Shown piece by piece: positions 1 to 10,099 of a DNA stretch of 64,000 bases. Where the stretch lies: NCBI GenBank assembly GCA_963830365.1, contig CAWHMU010000046.1, forward strand, positions 32,001 through 96,000, given 5' to 3'. The notes under the pieces are model-generated. The model did not search any database and had not been told where the DNA came from. It worked only from the letters and a program-made list of their open reading frames with translations. Within the stretch, counting starts at the first letter, position 1. The number at the start of each line of letters is the position of its first letter. Source of the DNA: an uncultured Chlamydiae bacterium. Its GTDB lineage: Bacteria; Chlamydiota; Chlamydiia; Chlamydiales; Parachlamydiaceae. The position numbers and the translations under genes are program-made.

Positions 1-1
1 G

Positions 2-973
2 ACCATCTACGGCGGCGCCGAAGCCCGCCCCTTCGAAACCAACTTGCATGCCCTGGATCAGGATATGTTCCTGCGCATCTCGCTAGAAATCCCGCTCAAA
101 AAGCTCATCGTCGGCGGCATGAACCGCGTCTTTGAAATCGGCCGCGTCTTCCGCAATGAAGGCATCGACCGCAATCACAACCCCGAATTCACCCTGATGG
201 AGGCTTATGCCGCCTATTGGGACTATAACGACATGATGCGCTTCACCGAAAACCTCTTTGAAAGACTCGCCCTTGCGCTCTATGGCAAGACGACCATCAC
301 CATCGGCAACCCCGAGGAGGAAGGCGGCAAAGCCGTCGAGCTGGATTTAAAAGCCCCTTGGAAGCGCCTGACGATGAAAGATGCCATCAAAACCTACGGC
401 CACATCGATGTCGACACCTTAAGCGACGACAAGATGCGCACCATGCTGAAAGAAAGCGGCCAGATCGACCTCAAGAAGCTGCCCTTGCTTTCACGCGGAC
501 TGCTCATCGCCGCCATGTTCGAAGTATATGCCGAAGCGCATCTGATCCAGCCCCATCACATCATCGACCACCCCATCGACACAACTCCCCTGTGCAAGCC
601 CCACCGCCAGCCCAAGGAAAAGGAAGAAGGCCTCGTCGAGCGCTTCGAAAGCTTCATCCTCGGCCACGAGATCTGCAATGCCTACACCGAACTCAACGAC
701 CCCGAAATCCAGCGCAAACTGCTTGTCAAACAAGCCAAACGCCGCGATAGCGGCGATGTCGAAGCCAGCCCGCTGGATGAGGAATTCATCGAAGCCATCT
801 GCCAAGGCATGCCGCCGACAGGTGGCGTCGGCATCGGCATCGACCGCCTGGTGATGATCCTCACCAACACCCACTCCATCCGCGATGTGCTCTTCTTCCC
901 CTGGATGAAGACCGTCGAAGCCAAAGACAAAAGCGATAAGGACAAAAGCGAAAAAGTCAAGGTCGAGGGGTAG
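2..973 (+). CDS. lysS: Lysyl-tRNA synthetase, C-terminal part (5' end outside window)
   Basis: Class II aaRS motifs: [55 protein letters not shown]. Confidence 0.97.
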   Translation, partial: TIYGGAEARPFETNLHALDQDMFLRISLEIPLKKLIVGGMNRVFEIGRVFRNEGIDRNHNPEFTLMEAYAAYWDYNDMMRFTENLFERLALALYGKTTITIGNPEEEGGKAVELDLKAPWKRLTMKDAIKTYGHIDVDTLSDDKMRTMLKESGQIDLKKLPLLSRGLLIAAMFEVYAEAHLIQPHHIIDHPIDTTPLCKPHRQPKEKEEGLVERFESFILGHEICNAYTELNDPEIQRKLLVKQAKRRDSGDVEASPLDEEFIEAICQGMPPTGGVGIGIDRLVMILTNTHSIRDVLFFPWMKTVEAKDKSDKDKSEKVKVEG

Positions 974-1225
974 ATGAAACAAAAAAATTATACCGTCGAT
1001 GAAAAATTCATGCTCTGCCTTTACGAAAAGGCAGAGCAGTCCGGCGATATGGAAGCACGCTTCGACAAATATGAAATCGGCAAGCTGGCGGGCTTACACC
1101 CCAAAGGCGCCGATGCCATCTGTAAGCTGCTATTGCGCTGCAACTTCATCATGAAGGGCGACGACCTGGAAGTCTATCTCACCCCCCATGGCGAAAAACT
1201 CGTCCACACCCTGCGCACCGAATAG
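974..1225 (+). CDS. Small hypothetical protein, possibly winged-helix
   Basis: 83-aa ORF starting directly after the lysS stop; C-terminal VYLTPHG resembles a wHTH wing. Confidence 0.7.
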   Translation: MKQKNYTVDEKFMLCLYEKAEQSGDMEARFDKYEIGKLAGLHPKGADAICKLLLRCNFIMKGDDLEVYLTPHGEKLVHTLRTE

Positions 1226-1344
1226 GCGCCAGGGTCATGACCGAATAAATAGAATGAGACCTAAGGATTAGGGGGTTACATTCAGCTCTAAGCATTAACG
1301 AAAACCCCAAACGATCTCGTCTTACCTCTCAAAAAGTAAACCGA

Positions 1345-1456
1345 CGCAACGCGTTTGGAGTGCGCAACGCCTGTTGCGCTTTCTCTACAAACTTCTTAGC
1401 GCCAATAGCTTTCAAGCCAAAGCGAAAGAGGCCTTTCGCACTCCAAACGCGTTGCG
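1345..1456. repeat. REP-like palindrome (GGAGTGCG...CGCACTCC type)
   Basis: 20-bp perfect inverted repeat CGCAACGCGTTTGGAGTGCG at 1345-1364 and 1437-1456 with two internal hairpins, between convergent genes. Confidence 0.85.
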
Positions 1457-1515
1457 AAAACTCTAGTTTTTGATACATAAATTGATACAGATTTAAGCTG
1501 ATTCGATATTGCTAT

Positions 1516-3081
1516 TTAGTCTTCCAAACCGCCTTCATAGCTATCAAAAGGCCGGTACGATAACAACCCCCCATCATGGGGAGGGCCCAATCTAAAGCCT
1601 TCGATAGTCCCCAAATAGTCCAGATGCTCTCCGACAGCTCCAAAGAAGCGGCCAAATAAAGAGCTGTCTTGGTTTGCTGGAGACGATGGCGGACTTATTG
1701 CCGAAGGACTGACCCTGGCATATGTTTGTGCTACTTTCTCTGTCACTTCCTTAGAAGCGTCAAGTGTTGAGACCTTGACTTCATCCACCCGCTTCTCTGG
1801 CTTGGCAGCAAGAGGAGGCGCAGCATGGTCAACGACGGCTACGCTGTGGCTACTGTCTGCTGATGGGGTATTAAGGACATGGTCTAAATGGTCTTCATGA
1901 CTTTCTCTTTCAGGCACAAGACAGTCGCAAGCTCCCACTTGCCAGTCGACCACCGGCATGCATTTAACCTTGATGCGACCCTTAAGACAACATGCCAACA
2001 GCGATATGGCGCCGAGCAGCGCCCCGCCACTAATCCAGGCTGAGGATTCACTTGAAGGTGGTGTACCGGCAGCCTTATCTGCCGCCAAAAATTGTTTTGT
2101 GAAATTATCCAGCGAAAATGGCTGAACAAGACATGTAGGCAGCGGTATAATATTTTCTGGTGAGGGTAAGGAAACCTCTGCGACAGCGTCGGTAATATCT
2201 ACTTGTTCATCAGGAATAGCTTTGGGCGCATCTAATGATTCTGCTAAGACATTGAAATCCTGATTTGATATGACGGAAACGATAGTGTAGGGAGTGATGA
2301 TGTCTATTGGAGACTGACTGATCGCCTGTTCAGGGGAGATTTTGTCATGGGCTGAATGCAACAGAAAACCACCGACTCCAGCTGCAGCCAAGATGCCGGC
2401 AGCAAGCAGGCTGATTTTTTTGCACCGGCTCCTTTCATGCCTAGAAACTCTTGGAGGTCCATCACCATCATCCTCCACAACACCCATGCCGCCGTGATCA
2501 TCATCCGGATACCAACCGGCGTCTTGGTCATCTGCGTTTACTGCTGGCAGTTCATAAAATCCCGGTTTTACTGCCGCCTTGTCGAAAAGGGGCATCTTTT
2601 TAGTGACTCGCATTTGATCTATCTGCTCTTTCCATGCGCCAGCATTTTGCTTTTGCAAAGTAGCAACGAGTGCTGAAAACAGATACATAACGTCATTTAC
2701 CTGACCCCTGTTAGCCGTCTTGAAATCATAGACATACTGCGCGGTGACCTCAGAAGCACTGACCAATAAGGTAAAGACGTTGCCAAAACCGATCCGGTCA
2801 ATCAGGCAGTCGATATCAAGCTGCCTGACCAATTCTGTGCTTTTGTCTACACCTTGAGCCGCCGTCAAGATTTCATAAACCCGTTTTTCGATAGCGTCGA
2901 GCGCATCTTTGTCTATGCATTGAATGCCGAATAGCATCTTAAAGCATGTATCTGTCGGCGAGGCAGATTTCTCCCATTTATAGTATTGTCTGAAAGAATT
3001 GGCAATGCGCGGCAGCACCGCGCCATCATCCTTTTGTGGGATTGCATAGATCGATGGATTTGTAAAGTCGCCAATTGTCAT
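1516..3081 (-). CDS. Two-TM effector/Inc-like paralog (array member 1)
   Basis: Conserved N-domain (FKMLF...VYEIL...IGFGNVFTLL...PLFDKAAV) and two hydrophobic segments; start taken as MTIG after GAGAGACAC by analogy with paralogs. Confidence 0.8.
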   Translation of the reverse strand: MTIGDFTNPSIYAIPQKDDGAVLPRIANSFRQYYKWEKSASPTDTCFKMLFGIQCIDKDALDAIEKRVYEILTAAQGVDKSTELVRQLDIDCLIDRIGFGNVFTLLVSASEVTAQYVYDFKTANRGQVNDVMYLFSALVATLQKQNAGAWKEQIDQMRVTKKMPLFDKAAVKPGFYELPAVNADDQDAGWYPDDDHGGMGVVEDDGDGPPRVSRHERSRCKKISLLAAGILAAAGVGGFLLHSAHDKISPEQAISQSPIDIITPYTIVSVISNQDFNVLAESLDAPKAIPDEQVDITDAVAEVSLPSPENIIPLPTCLVQPFSLDNFTKQFLAADKAAGTPPSSESSAWISGGALLGAISLLACCLKGRIKVKCMPVVDWQVGACDCLVPERESHEDHLDHVLNTPSADSSHSVAVVDHAAPPLAAKPEKRVDEVKVSTLDASKEVTEKVAQTYARVSPSAISPPSSPANQDSSLFGRFFGAVGEHLDYLGTIEGFRLGPPHDGGLLSYRPFDSYEGGLED

Positions 3082-3150
3082 GTGTCTCTCATTCAAGTAT
3101 TGTGGTTATATAATGTCGCAGTCGGCATGCCCGCATAAAGGATGTCGTTA

Positions 3151-3340
3151 GCCGTGAACAGTGGCGTAAGCATGTAGCCACATGGCGTAAGCCTGTGGTA
3201 ATCAGAGCCAAAGATATCAAGCCGTGGCTACGGCGGCAGAGTCTCAGAACGCTCTGCCGCCGTAGCCACGGCTTCATATCTTTTATGCATTTACCACAGG
3301 TTCACACCTGTGGCTACATGCTTCCGCCGCTGTTCACGGC
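3151..3340. repeat. REP-like family A long palindrome
   Basis: GCCGTGAACAG...CTGTTCACGGC ends, TGTAGCCAC/GTGGCTACA arms, central GCCGTGGCTACGGCGGCAG inverted repeat. Confidence 0.9.
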
Positions 3341-3388
3341 GGGTGTTGAATCGGCTTCACCTGCCATCACTAAAGCTCAATGTATCAC

Positions 3389-5083
3389 TCACCGAAATAG
3401 TTGCCTTATCGTAGTGCGATCTGTTTCATCACCATCACTGCTCACCATCCGACCTTCGGCAGCATGTAACGAGTTATTTCCCTGATAACCCTTTGGCGGA
3501 GCTGATGGGGGAGAGAGCATACTTGAAAATAAAGGCGAAAAGGGTGTGCCCTGATTTGAGCTGCTATTGCCAGCTTTAATGGGTGACAGGGCAAAAGAGG
3601 CATCTGCGCCAAGAAAAGAGGCGTTTAAAGTGGATAGATCGGAGACCGAAAGCGAAACCCCCTGCATGCCAATATGCTCCTCACAAAACGAATGTTCCGT
3701 AGAAGAGGGCAGCGCGCGTGAGGCTAGTATTTGATGTTGATCCTGCCGTTCAGGCGGTGGAGGACCCTCCCTTTCCCTACTAGAACCTGATAAATCCGGG
3801 CCGGGACTGCCAACTAAATTCGTTAGTTCTAGGGAGGCACTCGCAGTGCCATCATCTGGCGACGACAATGCACTCGCGTGCCTGTCTGGGCATTCACCAT
3901 GACCATGGTTACCATCGCCTGCCTCAGCCTCATTAATGGCGATGAAGGAGTCTTGAAAAGGACTGCCACATTGAGATAGGTTCAAGAAGGGCTCAAATGC
4001 CGGAGTGGCTGGTGTAGCCATGTCAGCAGCTCTTAGTGACTGACCGCTTTTAAGAGGTGTCTGTGGCACATCGGCAGCTCCTTGCTTGGTGTTGTCTGGC
4101 TGGTATGGCGAGGCTGGCTGCATATCGGCCACTGGATCGCCAGCCAATTCCACGCCACCTCCAACCGTCGGTGCTGCCGGCAAGACTTTGGAACCTTTGC
4201 AGAAACAGGCAAATATGGCGCTGGCAAGCACGCCCACAGCAGCGGCTACAAGCGTGACCGGAAAAGGCGCCGGCGGAGCTTCAGCTGCGATGCGCGCTGG
4301 TGCCTGCACAAACTCTCTCAACGTATCCAGCGATAACATCTTTGCCGCAGGCACTTCGGCGACCGCCACAGCGGCAGCCGGACCCTGCGGCGCTAGCAAA
4401 ATGACTCTGCCTGGCTGGTCAGGGATTGGCGCCGGCGCTGGGACCGATGGGATTGGTAGGATTGGCGCCGGCGGGGTGGCAGGTGGTGCTGAAAACAAGA
4501 TTTCGATGTGACTTGTCGCTGTAAAGCGCTGCCATATAAAATAGCCCGCGACAGCTGTCACCAGGACTCCTAAAGCGACAACAGCGACTTTTCTAAACAG
4601 CGCAATGCGCGCCTCAGCCGCCATCAATCGGCATTGGAAGCTTGCGCTGACCTCAGCTTTGTTAAAGACAGGATTTTCCATCAACGAAGGCTGCCGGCCG
4701 GCAAGGTCGGCATATTCCTGCCGGCAAGCCGCGATCAGCTGCTGGCGCTGCTCTGCAAAGAGTTTGGCGGCATAGGGGGATTTGACGCCAAGCCTAGTAA
4801 GCTTGCAGCCGCATGTGAGCAAGGCATAGGCATTGGCAAAGCCAAGCCCCTCTTTAAGCATTGCATGGTCGATCTCTTTTCCGTCCACTTCGATGGCACC
4901 GGTACTCATCTGCAAGATCTTATAAACCCAGCGTTCGACAGCATCCAGGCGGCTGAGATTGCGGTGGTCGATCTGCAGCAAATGCTTAAAAGCTGCATCC
5001 ATGGACGAGCCGCGGCCAGCGGCGCATGGCATGGGCGTGCAGGCAAACGCTGGCTGCATAGTTATGGCTGATACTGTCATCAT
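3389..5083 (-). CDS. Two-TM effector/Inc-like paralog (array member 2)
   Basis: DAVERWVYKIL...LGFANAYALL...PVFNKAEVS, TM1, Pro/Ala loop, TM2, Ser/Pro-rich tail. Confidence 0.85.
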   Translation of the reverse strand: MMTVSAITMQPAFACTPMPCAAGRGSSMDAAFKHLLQIDHRNLSRLDAVERWVYKILQMSTGAIEVDGKEIDHAMLKEGLGFANAYALLTCGCKLTRLGVKSPYAAKLFAEQRQQLIAACRQEYADLAGRQPSLMENPVFNKAEVSASFQCRLMAAEARIALFRKVAVVALGVLVTAVAGYFIWQRFTATSHIEILFSAPPATPPAPILPIPSVPAPAPIPDQPGRVILLAPQGPAAAVAVAEVPAAKMLSLDTLREFVQAPARIAAEAPPAPFPVTLVAAAVGVLASAIFACFCKGSKVLPAAPTVGGGVELAGDPVADMQPASPYQPDNTKQGAADVPQTPLKSGQSLRAADMATPATPAFEPFLNLSQCGSPFQDSFIAINEAEAGDGNHGHGECPDRHASALSSPDDGTASASLELTNLVGSPGPDLSGSSREREGPPPPERQDQHQILASRALPSSTEHSFCEEHIGMQGVSLSVSDLSTLNASFLGADASFALSPIKAGNSSSNQGTPFSPLFSSMLSPPSAPPKGYQGNNSLHAAEGRMVSSDGDETDRTTIRQLFR

Positions 5084-5138
5084 CAGCTTAATTTCTCCTA
5101 AACCTAAAACGTGGCTTCATAGGCCCCATCCGAACTTC

Positions 5139-5263
5139 GTTCACCTTATATAACCAAAATGTTCGGTCATGATAAATTTCTTCTTCCCTCTCTCTGTGAT
5201 CTCTGCGGGCTCTGTGGTTTTAAGATTTGTCACCACAGAGCCCACAGAGATCACAGAGAAGGA
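5139..5263. mobile_element. MITE-like element with CTCTGTG/CACAGAG hairpin (family C); duplicate at 5891-6015
   Basis: Begins GTTCACC like the copies at 16239, 17944 and 35147; internal CTCTGTG...CACAGAG inverted repeat. Confidence 0.7.
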
Positions 5264-5300
5264 CTTGATGCTCACCATCGTTATGCTGTGTTATGTTTTT

Positions 5301-5563
5301 GCTGAGCTCCGTCTAGGAGCGGCCCTATTTGTAGCCCACGGTGTAGTGCCACCAGGCACAAACCGTGGGTCATAAACAAAAATCTCTCTAGCCCCAAGGG
5401 GGCGTTATAATTTCATCCCCAGTTACATCGCTTAAGACAAATTCTCCGGACACAATTATGCCGCCCCCTTGGGGCTAGATTACTTTTTTGTTAGCACCCA
5501 CGGTTTGTGCCTGGCGGCACTACACCGTGGGCTACAAATAGGACCGCTCCTAGGGAGCTCAGC
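5301..5563. repeat. REP-like family B palindrome (~263 bp)
   Basis: GCTGAGCTCC...GGAGCTCAGC ends; TATTTGTAGCCCACGGTGTAG / CTACACCGTGGGCTACAAATA arms; AGCCCCAAGGGGGCG inner inverted repeat. Confidence 0.92.
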
Positions 5564-5586
5564 CACCAGTCTGTCTAGACAATTTT

Positions 5587-5835
5587 TTAGCACACCAGAA
5601 CATCTTTAAGCATCGCATGGTCGATCTCTTTTCCGTCCACTTCGATAGCACCGGTACTCATCTGCAAGATCTTATAAACCCAGCGTTCGACAGCATCCAG
5701 GCGACTGAGATTGCGGTGGTCGATCTGCAGCAAATGCTTAAAAGCTGCATCCATGGACGGACCGCGGCCAGCGGCGCATGCCATGGACGTGCAGGCAAAC
5801 GCTGGCTGCATAGTTATGGCTGATACTGTCATCAT
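5587..5835 (-). pseudogene. Truncated duplicate of the 5' end of 3389..5083
   Basis: First ~77 aa are nearly identical to 3389..5083, then the ORF ends at the duplication breakpoint. Confidence 0.9.
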
Positions 5836-6052
5836 CAGCTTAATTTCTCCTAAACCTAAAACGTGGCTTCATAGGCCCCATCCGGACTTCGTTCACCTTA
5901 TACAACCAAAATGTTTGATCATGATAAATTTCTTCTCCCCTCTCTCTGTGATCTCTGCGGGCTCTGTGGTTTTAAAATCTGTCACCACAGAACCCACAGA
6001 GATCACAGAGAAGGGCTTGATGCTCACCATCGTTAGGCTGTGTTACGTTTTT

Positions 6053-6328
6053 GCTGAGCTCCGTCTAGGAGCGGCCCTATTTGTAGCCCACGGTGTAGTG
6101 CCGCCAGGCACAAACCGTGGGTCATAAACAAAAATCTCTCTAGCCCCAAGGGGGCGTTATAATTTCATCCCCAGTTACATCGCTTAAGACAAATTCTCCG
6201 GACACAATTATGCCGCCCCCTTGGGGCTGGATTGATTTTTGTATCACCCACGGCTTGTGCCTGATGGCACTGCACCATGGCCTACACATAGGGTAGCTAC
6301 CAATAGGGCCGCTACAACGGAGCTCAGC
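6053..6328. repeat. REP-like family B palindrome
   Basis: Same arms as 5301..5563; right arm degenerate. Confidence 0.9.
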
Positions 6329-6502
6329 CACCTAAGCACATGCCAAAAGGCCATCATCTTCATAGGCGCGGCCAGCCCCGACAGCCAGCCCGGTGGTTTT
6401 TAAGATGTACAACCGCAGTGCCCAAAGAGATGGACTTGTGCGGCGATAAGTCGCCGCACTCCACATCGAAGAACATGTAGCTTAGCTCAAGTCCTTCCCG
6501 GC

Positions 6503-9500
6503 TTATTTGTTGGGCAATGCCGCCACAAAACCTGACAAGCTAACTGCCGCAGACTTGTCTGCCGCTGCACTCGGTAAAAATAGTGTCCTGGCTACGTTAC
6601 CTTTTTCCTCAGCGGTCACCTCGCCACTTACACTGGCAGGCGTTAGCCGCGCTTCCATTACTCCGCACATACCCTCAATGAAAGCCTCAATTGCATCATT
6701 GAGTTTCTCTGCGATAACCTTATTCCCACGCGCACTAGCGTCCCGATCAGCTTCTTTTTCTTCTGTTCCCTCTAACTGATCTTTTAGCCAAACGATTTTT
6801 TTGATGCTTTTGTCGACTATCGCCAACAACCCTTGATCTTTAGCTCCATCCTGTGACAGTTGATTTCTGACGGCTTGCAAGGCAAAGAAACGGAAATTGT
6901 CAGTCACGATGTCGCTATATGTCGGCGACGGCATGCCTTTGGATGAAAGACTCTGATTTAACAAGCGCTTAAATGGTGTCGAGGCTCCACCCGTGGCTTT
7001 TACGCGCGGACTTAAAAACGCATCCGCGGTATGCGAGGAGGCTGGCTTTGTTTTTACGAACTTCGGCGAAAAGAGATCCGCCTTAGCTCGCCTAAGCGCC
7101 TCAATTTCATTCATTGCCTTTTGTAAAGCATTTACAATAGCTACGATCTGCTGGGATGGTTGATTTTTTATTAATTTGACGATGTTTGTGGCCCTTTTCT
7201 GGTCTATTTCATCAAATGCACCTTGATCACTCAGCTGTTTGAATGCTGAGGCGCTCACCAAAGGGCTGCCGTCAGTATGAAATACCGATTGGTTGACAGG
7301 GCTGCCCGGTTCGAAGCCTGGCCATGTCCTGCGTGGAGACGTCGCAGCTACTGTCAAATGCAAAGAAGAGTCCCTTCTCTTTTGCTCAGGGGTGGCGGGC
7401 GGGCTGCCGCTTGCGCTTGGTGTGCCAACTCCTCCACCCTGTATTTCTACAGATGATGGCTGGATTCTATCGGGTTGCGGCACAAATGCATCTTTCCTTT
7501 CCTCCGCATTGATACCTATAGAAGCCGGAGGCAAGGACATATCGTTTTGCATAGGAAACAATGACCTGAACTCAGCCAATATTTTGGCCACGGCATGCCC
7601 CACCGCTTCCTTTGAAGTATTTGGTGCCAAGCCTTGACTGTGAGAACCGACAGCACCTTTCTGTTCTGTTGCGCCGCTATCTTGTTGCGCAGCAACATCA
7701 GCCACAATGATCTGTTGAAATATATCATAACACTTCTTCAATCGCACAATCGACGGATTGTGGTCATTTCCGAAATTGGATAGCATGTCTCCAAGTATAG
7801 TCATAAATGTGGCATTCCAAATAGAATCCAATTCCGGATCGGCCGCTGCACTCTTTAGGGTTTGATCGTAAAACCAATCAAAGAGCCTTGCATCAAATGT
7901 CGCAGCTTCCTCGACAGGTGTGCTTGCAGCTTTACTCGCGGGCATCGTATGAAGGATTTCGTTAAGGCTATTTTCAAACTCACTCAAGCTCTTGTCAAAT
8001 CCGCCTCCATCATTCAGTTGCATGAGCATCGACAAACCGTCTTCTATGGTTGCTGCTACTCTAGCAAGCTGCCCCACTCTCTCGGCCTGAGAATCCGTCG
8101 AATATGTGCTGTTATCGAGTTCTGAGTCTGATTCAGCAGCAGTGATCCTGTCGTGAATAGTCAACAAGCTGTTAATAAAACGTGTGGATGCTTCCCGCAA
8201 CTTTACATCGCTGGTCTTTAATAGCTCAGCATTTGAATCGGATTTGCCTTCGCTGCAAACCTCTTTGATTATATCCGCTGTGCGACAACACCAATCACGA
8301 CGAGTTGCTAATGATACAGGGTTCACATCTGTCGGCAGGGTTGCAAGCAATTTGTTGTAATCAAATTTATCATGATATTTCGATGACAACTTACTAGCTA
8401 TCGATAGTAGATCACCCATATAAGCTTTAATACAATTTTTAACATCGTCCCGCGGAGGACTCATTTGGAGCAAATTGTTGATTTTGCGGGGCCTATCATC
8501 GCGGCCTTCGCCTTTTGAAGCCCCGAGGCCTTGAACTGCAGGCTCTCCAACTCCCTTCCTCGCAGATACAGCAGCGCCCATGCCCTTGCTTGGACTATGG
8601 TCATTGGTTAAAACGACAGCAGCGGCGTTTTGTTTTGATGCCACATCCACACCATCGTTTTTGTTCATTGGCTTTACACGGTTATAGAGCTTAGCCACTA
8701 GTCCAATGATGCTACCGACCCCGAAGATGGCACCAACGGTTTGGGCAATATGCCAGGCTTGCACTGGCACTGATGGCACTTCGGCAGCAGGGTCTTGAAG
8801 GATGGATTCGCCAGCAGCACTGCTGGTAGCGATCGTTTCTGTGACACATTCAGCAGCAGCGTCGACACTGGCATTGGCGTAAAGCGGTGTTTGGCTTTCA
8901 AGTGGAGGGGTAGCCACACTGCTATTCCATAGACATTGTGGTGGCTTTTCCAATTGAACAGCCGCCGAAGCGCTGCCATTGGCGTAAAACGTTGGCATGC
9001 CGGTTATAGCAGCGGTTGCAGCAGCTACCGTCGTTGATGCAATCTGTTCAAATTTACGCCCGTAGGTGAAGGTGTCGGCGGTGATGGTTGACACCGCGGT
9101 CGACACCTTCTGCAAATTTTCTTGCCGCAGGAGATCAATTGGACCGGGAGGCACACTGTCACCCATGAAGTTGTGCCAGGCGTAATAGCCGGCAGCGGCC
9201 GTGCCCAGGGTGCCGAGAGCCGCTAGGCCCACATTCCGATAGAGCCTGGTGCGGGCGGCGCTAGCAGTGAGCTCAAGGCTGAAGTCGGCGCTGACAGCGT
9301 CTTTGTCGAAGATGGCTTTGCCGGTGGGCGATATCACGGCCGCAATTTGGCGGCTGAATACGGCCGGATGCTTTGATTGCAGGGCTTGCAGATCGTGCCG
9401 GAACTGCTTTAACGCGCCGTCTGACAGCGCGTTGGACGCGTAAGCCCGCTCATTTCCCTTCTTATAGGCCAGCATATAGCAGCGCAGCAGCAAGGCGATG

Positions 9501-9796
9501 GCATTGGGCAGCCCGACCTTCCCGATGAGCGTATCAGCATTAAAATGCTGGCTGTAGTCGGTGGCGCTGCCGGCGCCAACGCTTTCAGCTTTAGCCAGCA
9601 GCTGGCAAAGCCAATGGTCGACGGCATCGGCAGGCATGCTAGACTGATCGTGCTGGCCGCATAGGTGCATGCAGGCGGCCTTCACGGACGAATCCCGGCC
9701 GGCAGCCCATGAAAGCATCTCTGTCAAATAGTCAGAAATATCTGGCAGCGATGTGTAGGCGCTGTGGATTGTCGTTTTGAGTGTTTGAAATATCAT
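6503..9796 (-). CDS. Large two-TM effector/Inc-like paralog (array member 3, 1097 aa)
   Basis: Conserved N-domain (ADTLIGKVGLPNAIALLLRCYMLAY, FDKDAVS), TM1, TM2, long helical and Ser-Pro-rich tail. Confidence 0.9.
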   Translation of the reverse strand: MIFQTLKTTIHSAYTSLPDISDYLTEMLSWAAGRDSSVKAACMHLCGQHDQSSMPADAVDHWLCQLLAKAESVGAGSATDYSQHFNADTLIGKVGLPNAIALLLRCYMLAYKKGNERAYASNALSDGALKQFRHDLQALQSKHPAVFSRQIAAVISPTGKAIFDKDAVSADFSLELTASAARTRLYRNVGLAALGTLGTAAAGYYAWHNFMGDSVPPGPIDLLRQENLQKVSTAVSTITADTFTYGRKFEQIASTTVAAATAAITGMPTFYANGSASAAVQLEKPPQCLWNSSVATPPLESQTPLYANASVDAAAECVTETIATSSAAGESILQDPAAEVPSVPVQAWHIAQTVGAIFGVGSIIGLVAKLYNRVKPMNKNDGVDVASKQNAAAVVLTNDHSPSKGMGAAVSARKGVGEPAVQGLGASKGEGRDDRPRKINNLLQMSPPRDDVKNCIKAYMGDLLSIASKLSSKYHDKFDYNKLLATLPTDVNPVSLATRRDWCCRTADIIKEVCSEGKSDSNAELLKTSDVKLREASTRFINSLLTIHDRITAAESDSELDNSTYSTDSQAERVGQLARVAATIEDGLSMLMQLNDGGGFDKSLSEFENSLNEILHTMPASKAASTPVEEAATFDARLFDWFYDQTLKSAAADPELDSIWNATFMTILGDMLSNFGNDHNPSIVRLKKCYDIFQQIIVADVAAQQDSGATEQKGAVGSHSQGLAPNTSKEAVGHAVAKILAEFRSLFPMQNDMSLPPASIGINAEERKDAFVPQPDRIQPSSVEIQGGGVGTPSASGSPPATPEQKRRDSSLHLTVAATSPRRTWPGFEPGSPVNQSVFHTDGSPLVSASAFKQLSDQGAFDEIDQKRATNIVKLIKNQPSQQIVAIVNALQKAMNEIEALRRAKADLFSPKFVKTKPASSHTADAFLSPRVKATGGASTPFKRLLNQSLSSKGMPSPTYSDIVTDNFRFFALQAVRNQLSQDGAKDQGLLAIVDKSIKKIVWLKDQLEGTEEKEADRDASARGNKVIAEKLNDAIEAFIEGMCGVMEARLTPASVSGEVTAEEKGNVARTLFLPSAAADKSAAVSLSGFVAALPNK

Positions 9797-9952
9797 ATGT
9801 CCATTCGTTTGTAATCAGGTTAGTTTTTAGCCCACAAAGTAGTGCTTCTGGCACATCCCGCGGGTCGTAGCAAAATCCAGCTAACGCAAGTTTTGGATAA
9901 GGCGTCGGTTTAATTCCGTTCCTCTGAACATCCAGCTTCAAGCCTCACCACC

Positions 9953-10075
9953 TAGCCGTGAATACGGCGGAAGCATGTAGCCACAGGTGTCAACCTGTGG
10001 CAAACTCATCAGCAATATCAAGCCGTGGCTACGGCGGCAGAGTACTCGACGACCCCGCCGCCGCATTCACGGCTA
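9953..10075. repeat. REP-like family A (shortened)
   Basis: TAGCCGTGAAT...ATTCACGGCTA ends; TGTAGCCACAGGTGTCAACCTGTGG hairpin. Confidence 0.85.
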
Positions 10076-10099
10076 ACTTAGGCTTGGGGTGATAGACCG

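Larger units (their letters stand above)
4851..6328. repeat. Tandem direct duplication, period 752 bp
   Basis: 4851-~5480 is near-identical to 5603-~6230; the unit includes a gene 5' end, its upstream region, a MITE and a REP-B. Confidence 0.95.

Noticed and set aside
358..982. Alternative-frame and antisense ORFs within lysS and other GC-rich genes
   Set aside because: Shadow ORFs produced by biased codon usage
3089..3485. Short ORFs over REP-A (similarly 5169, 6140, 28163, 44021, 62798)
   Set aside because: Translations of palindromic repeats with no coding signals
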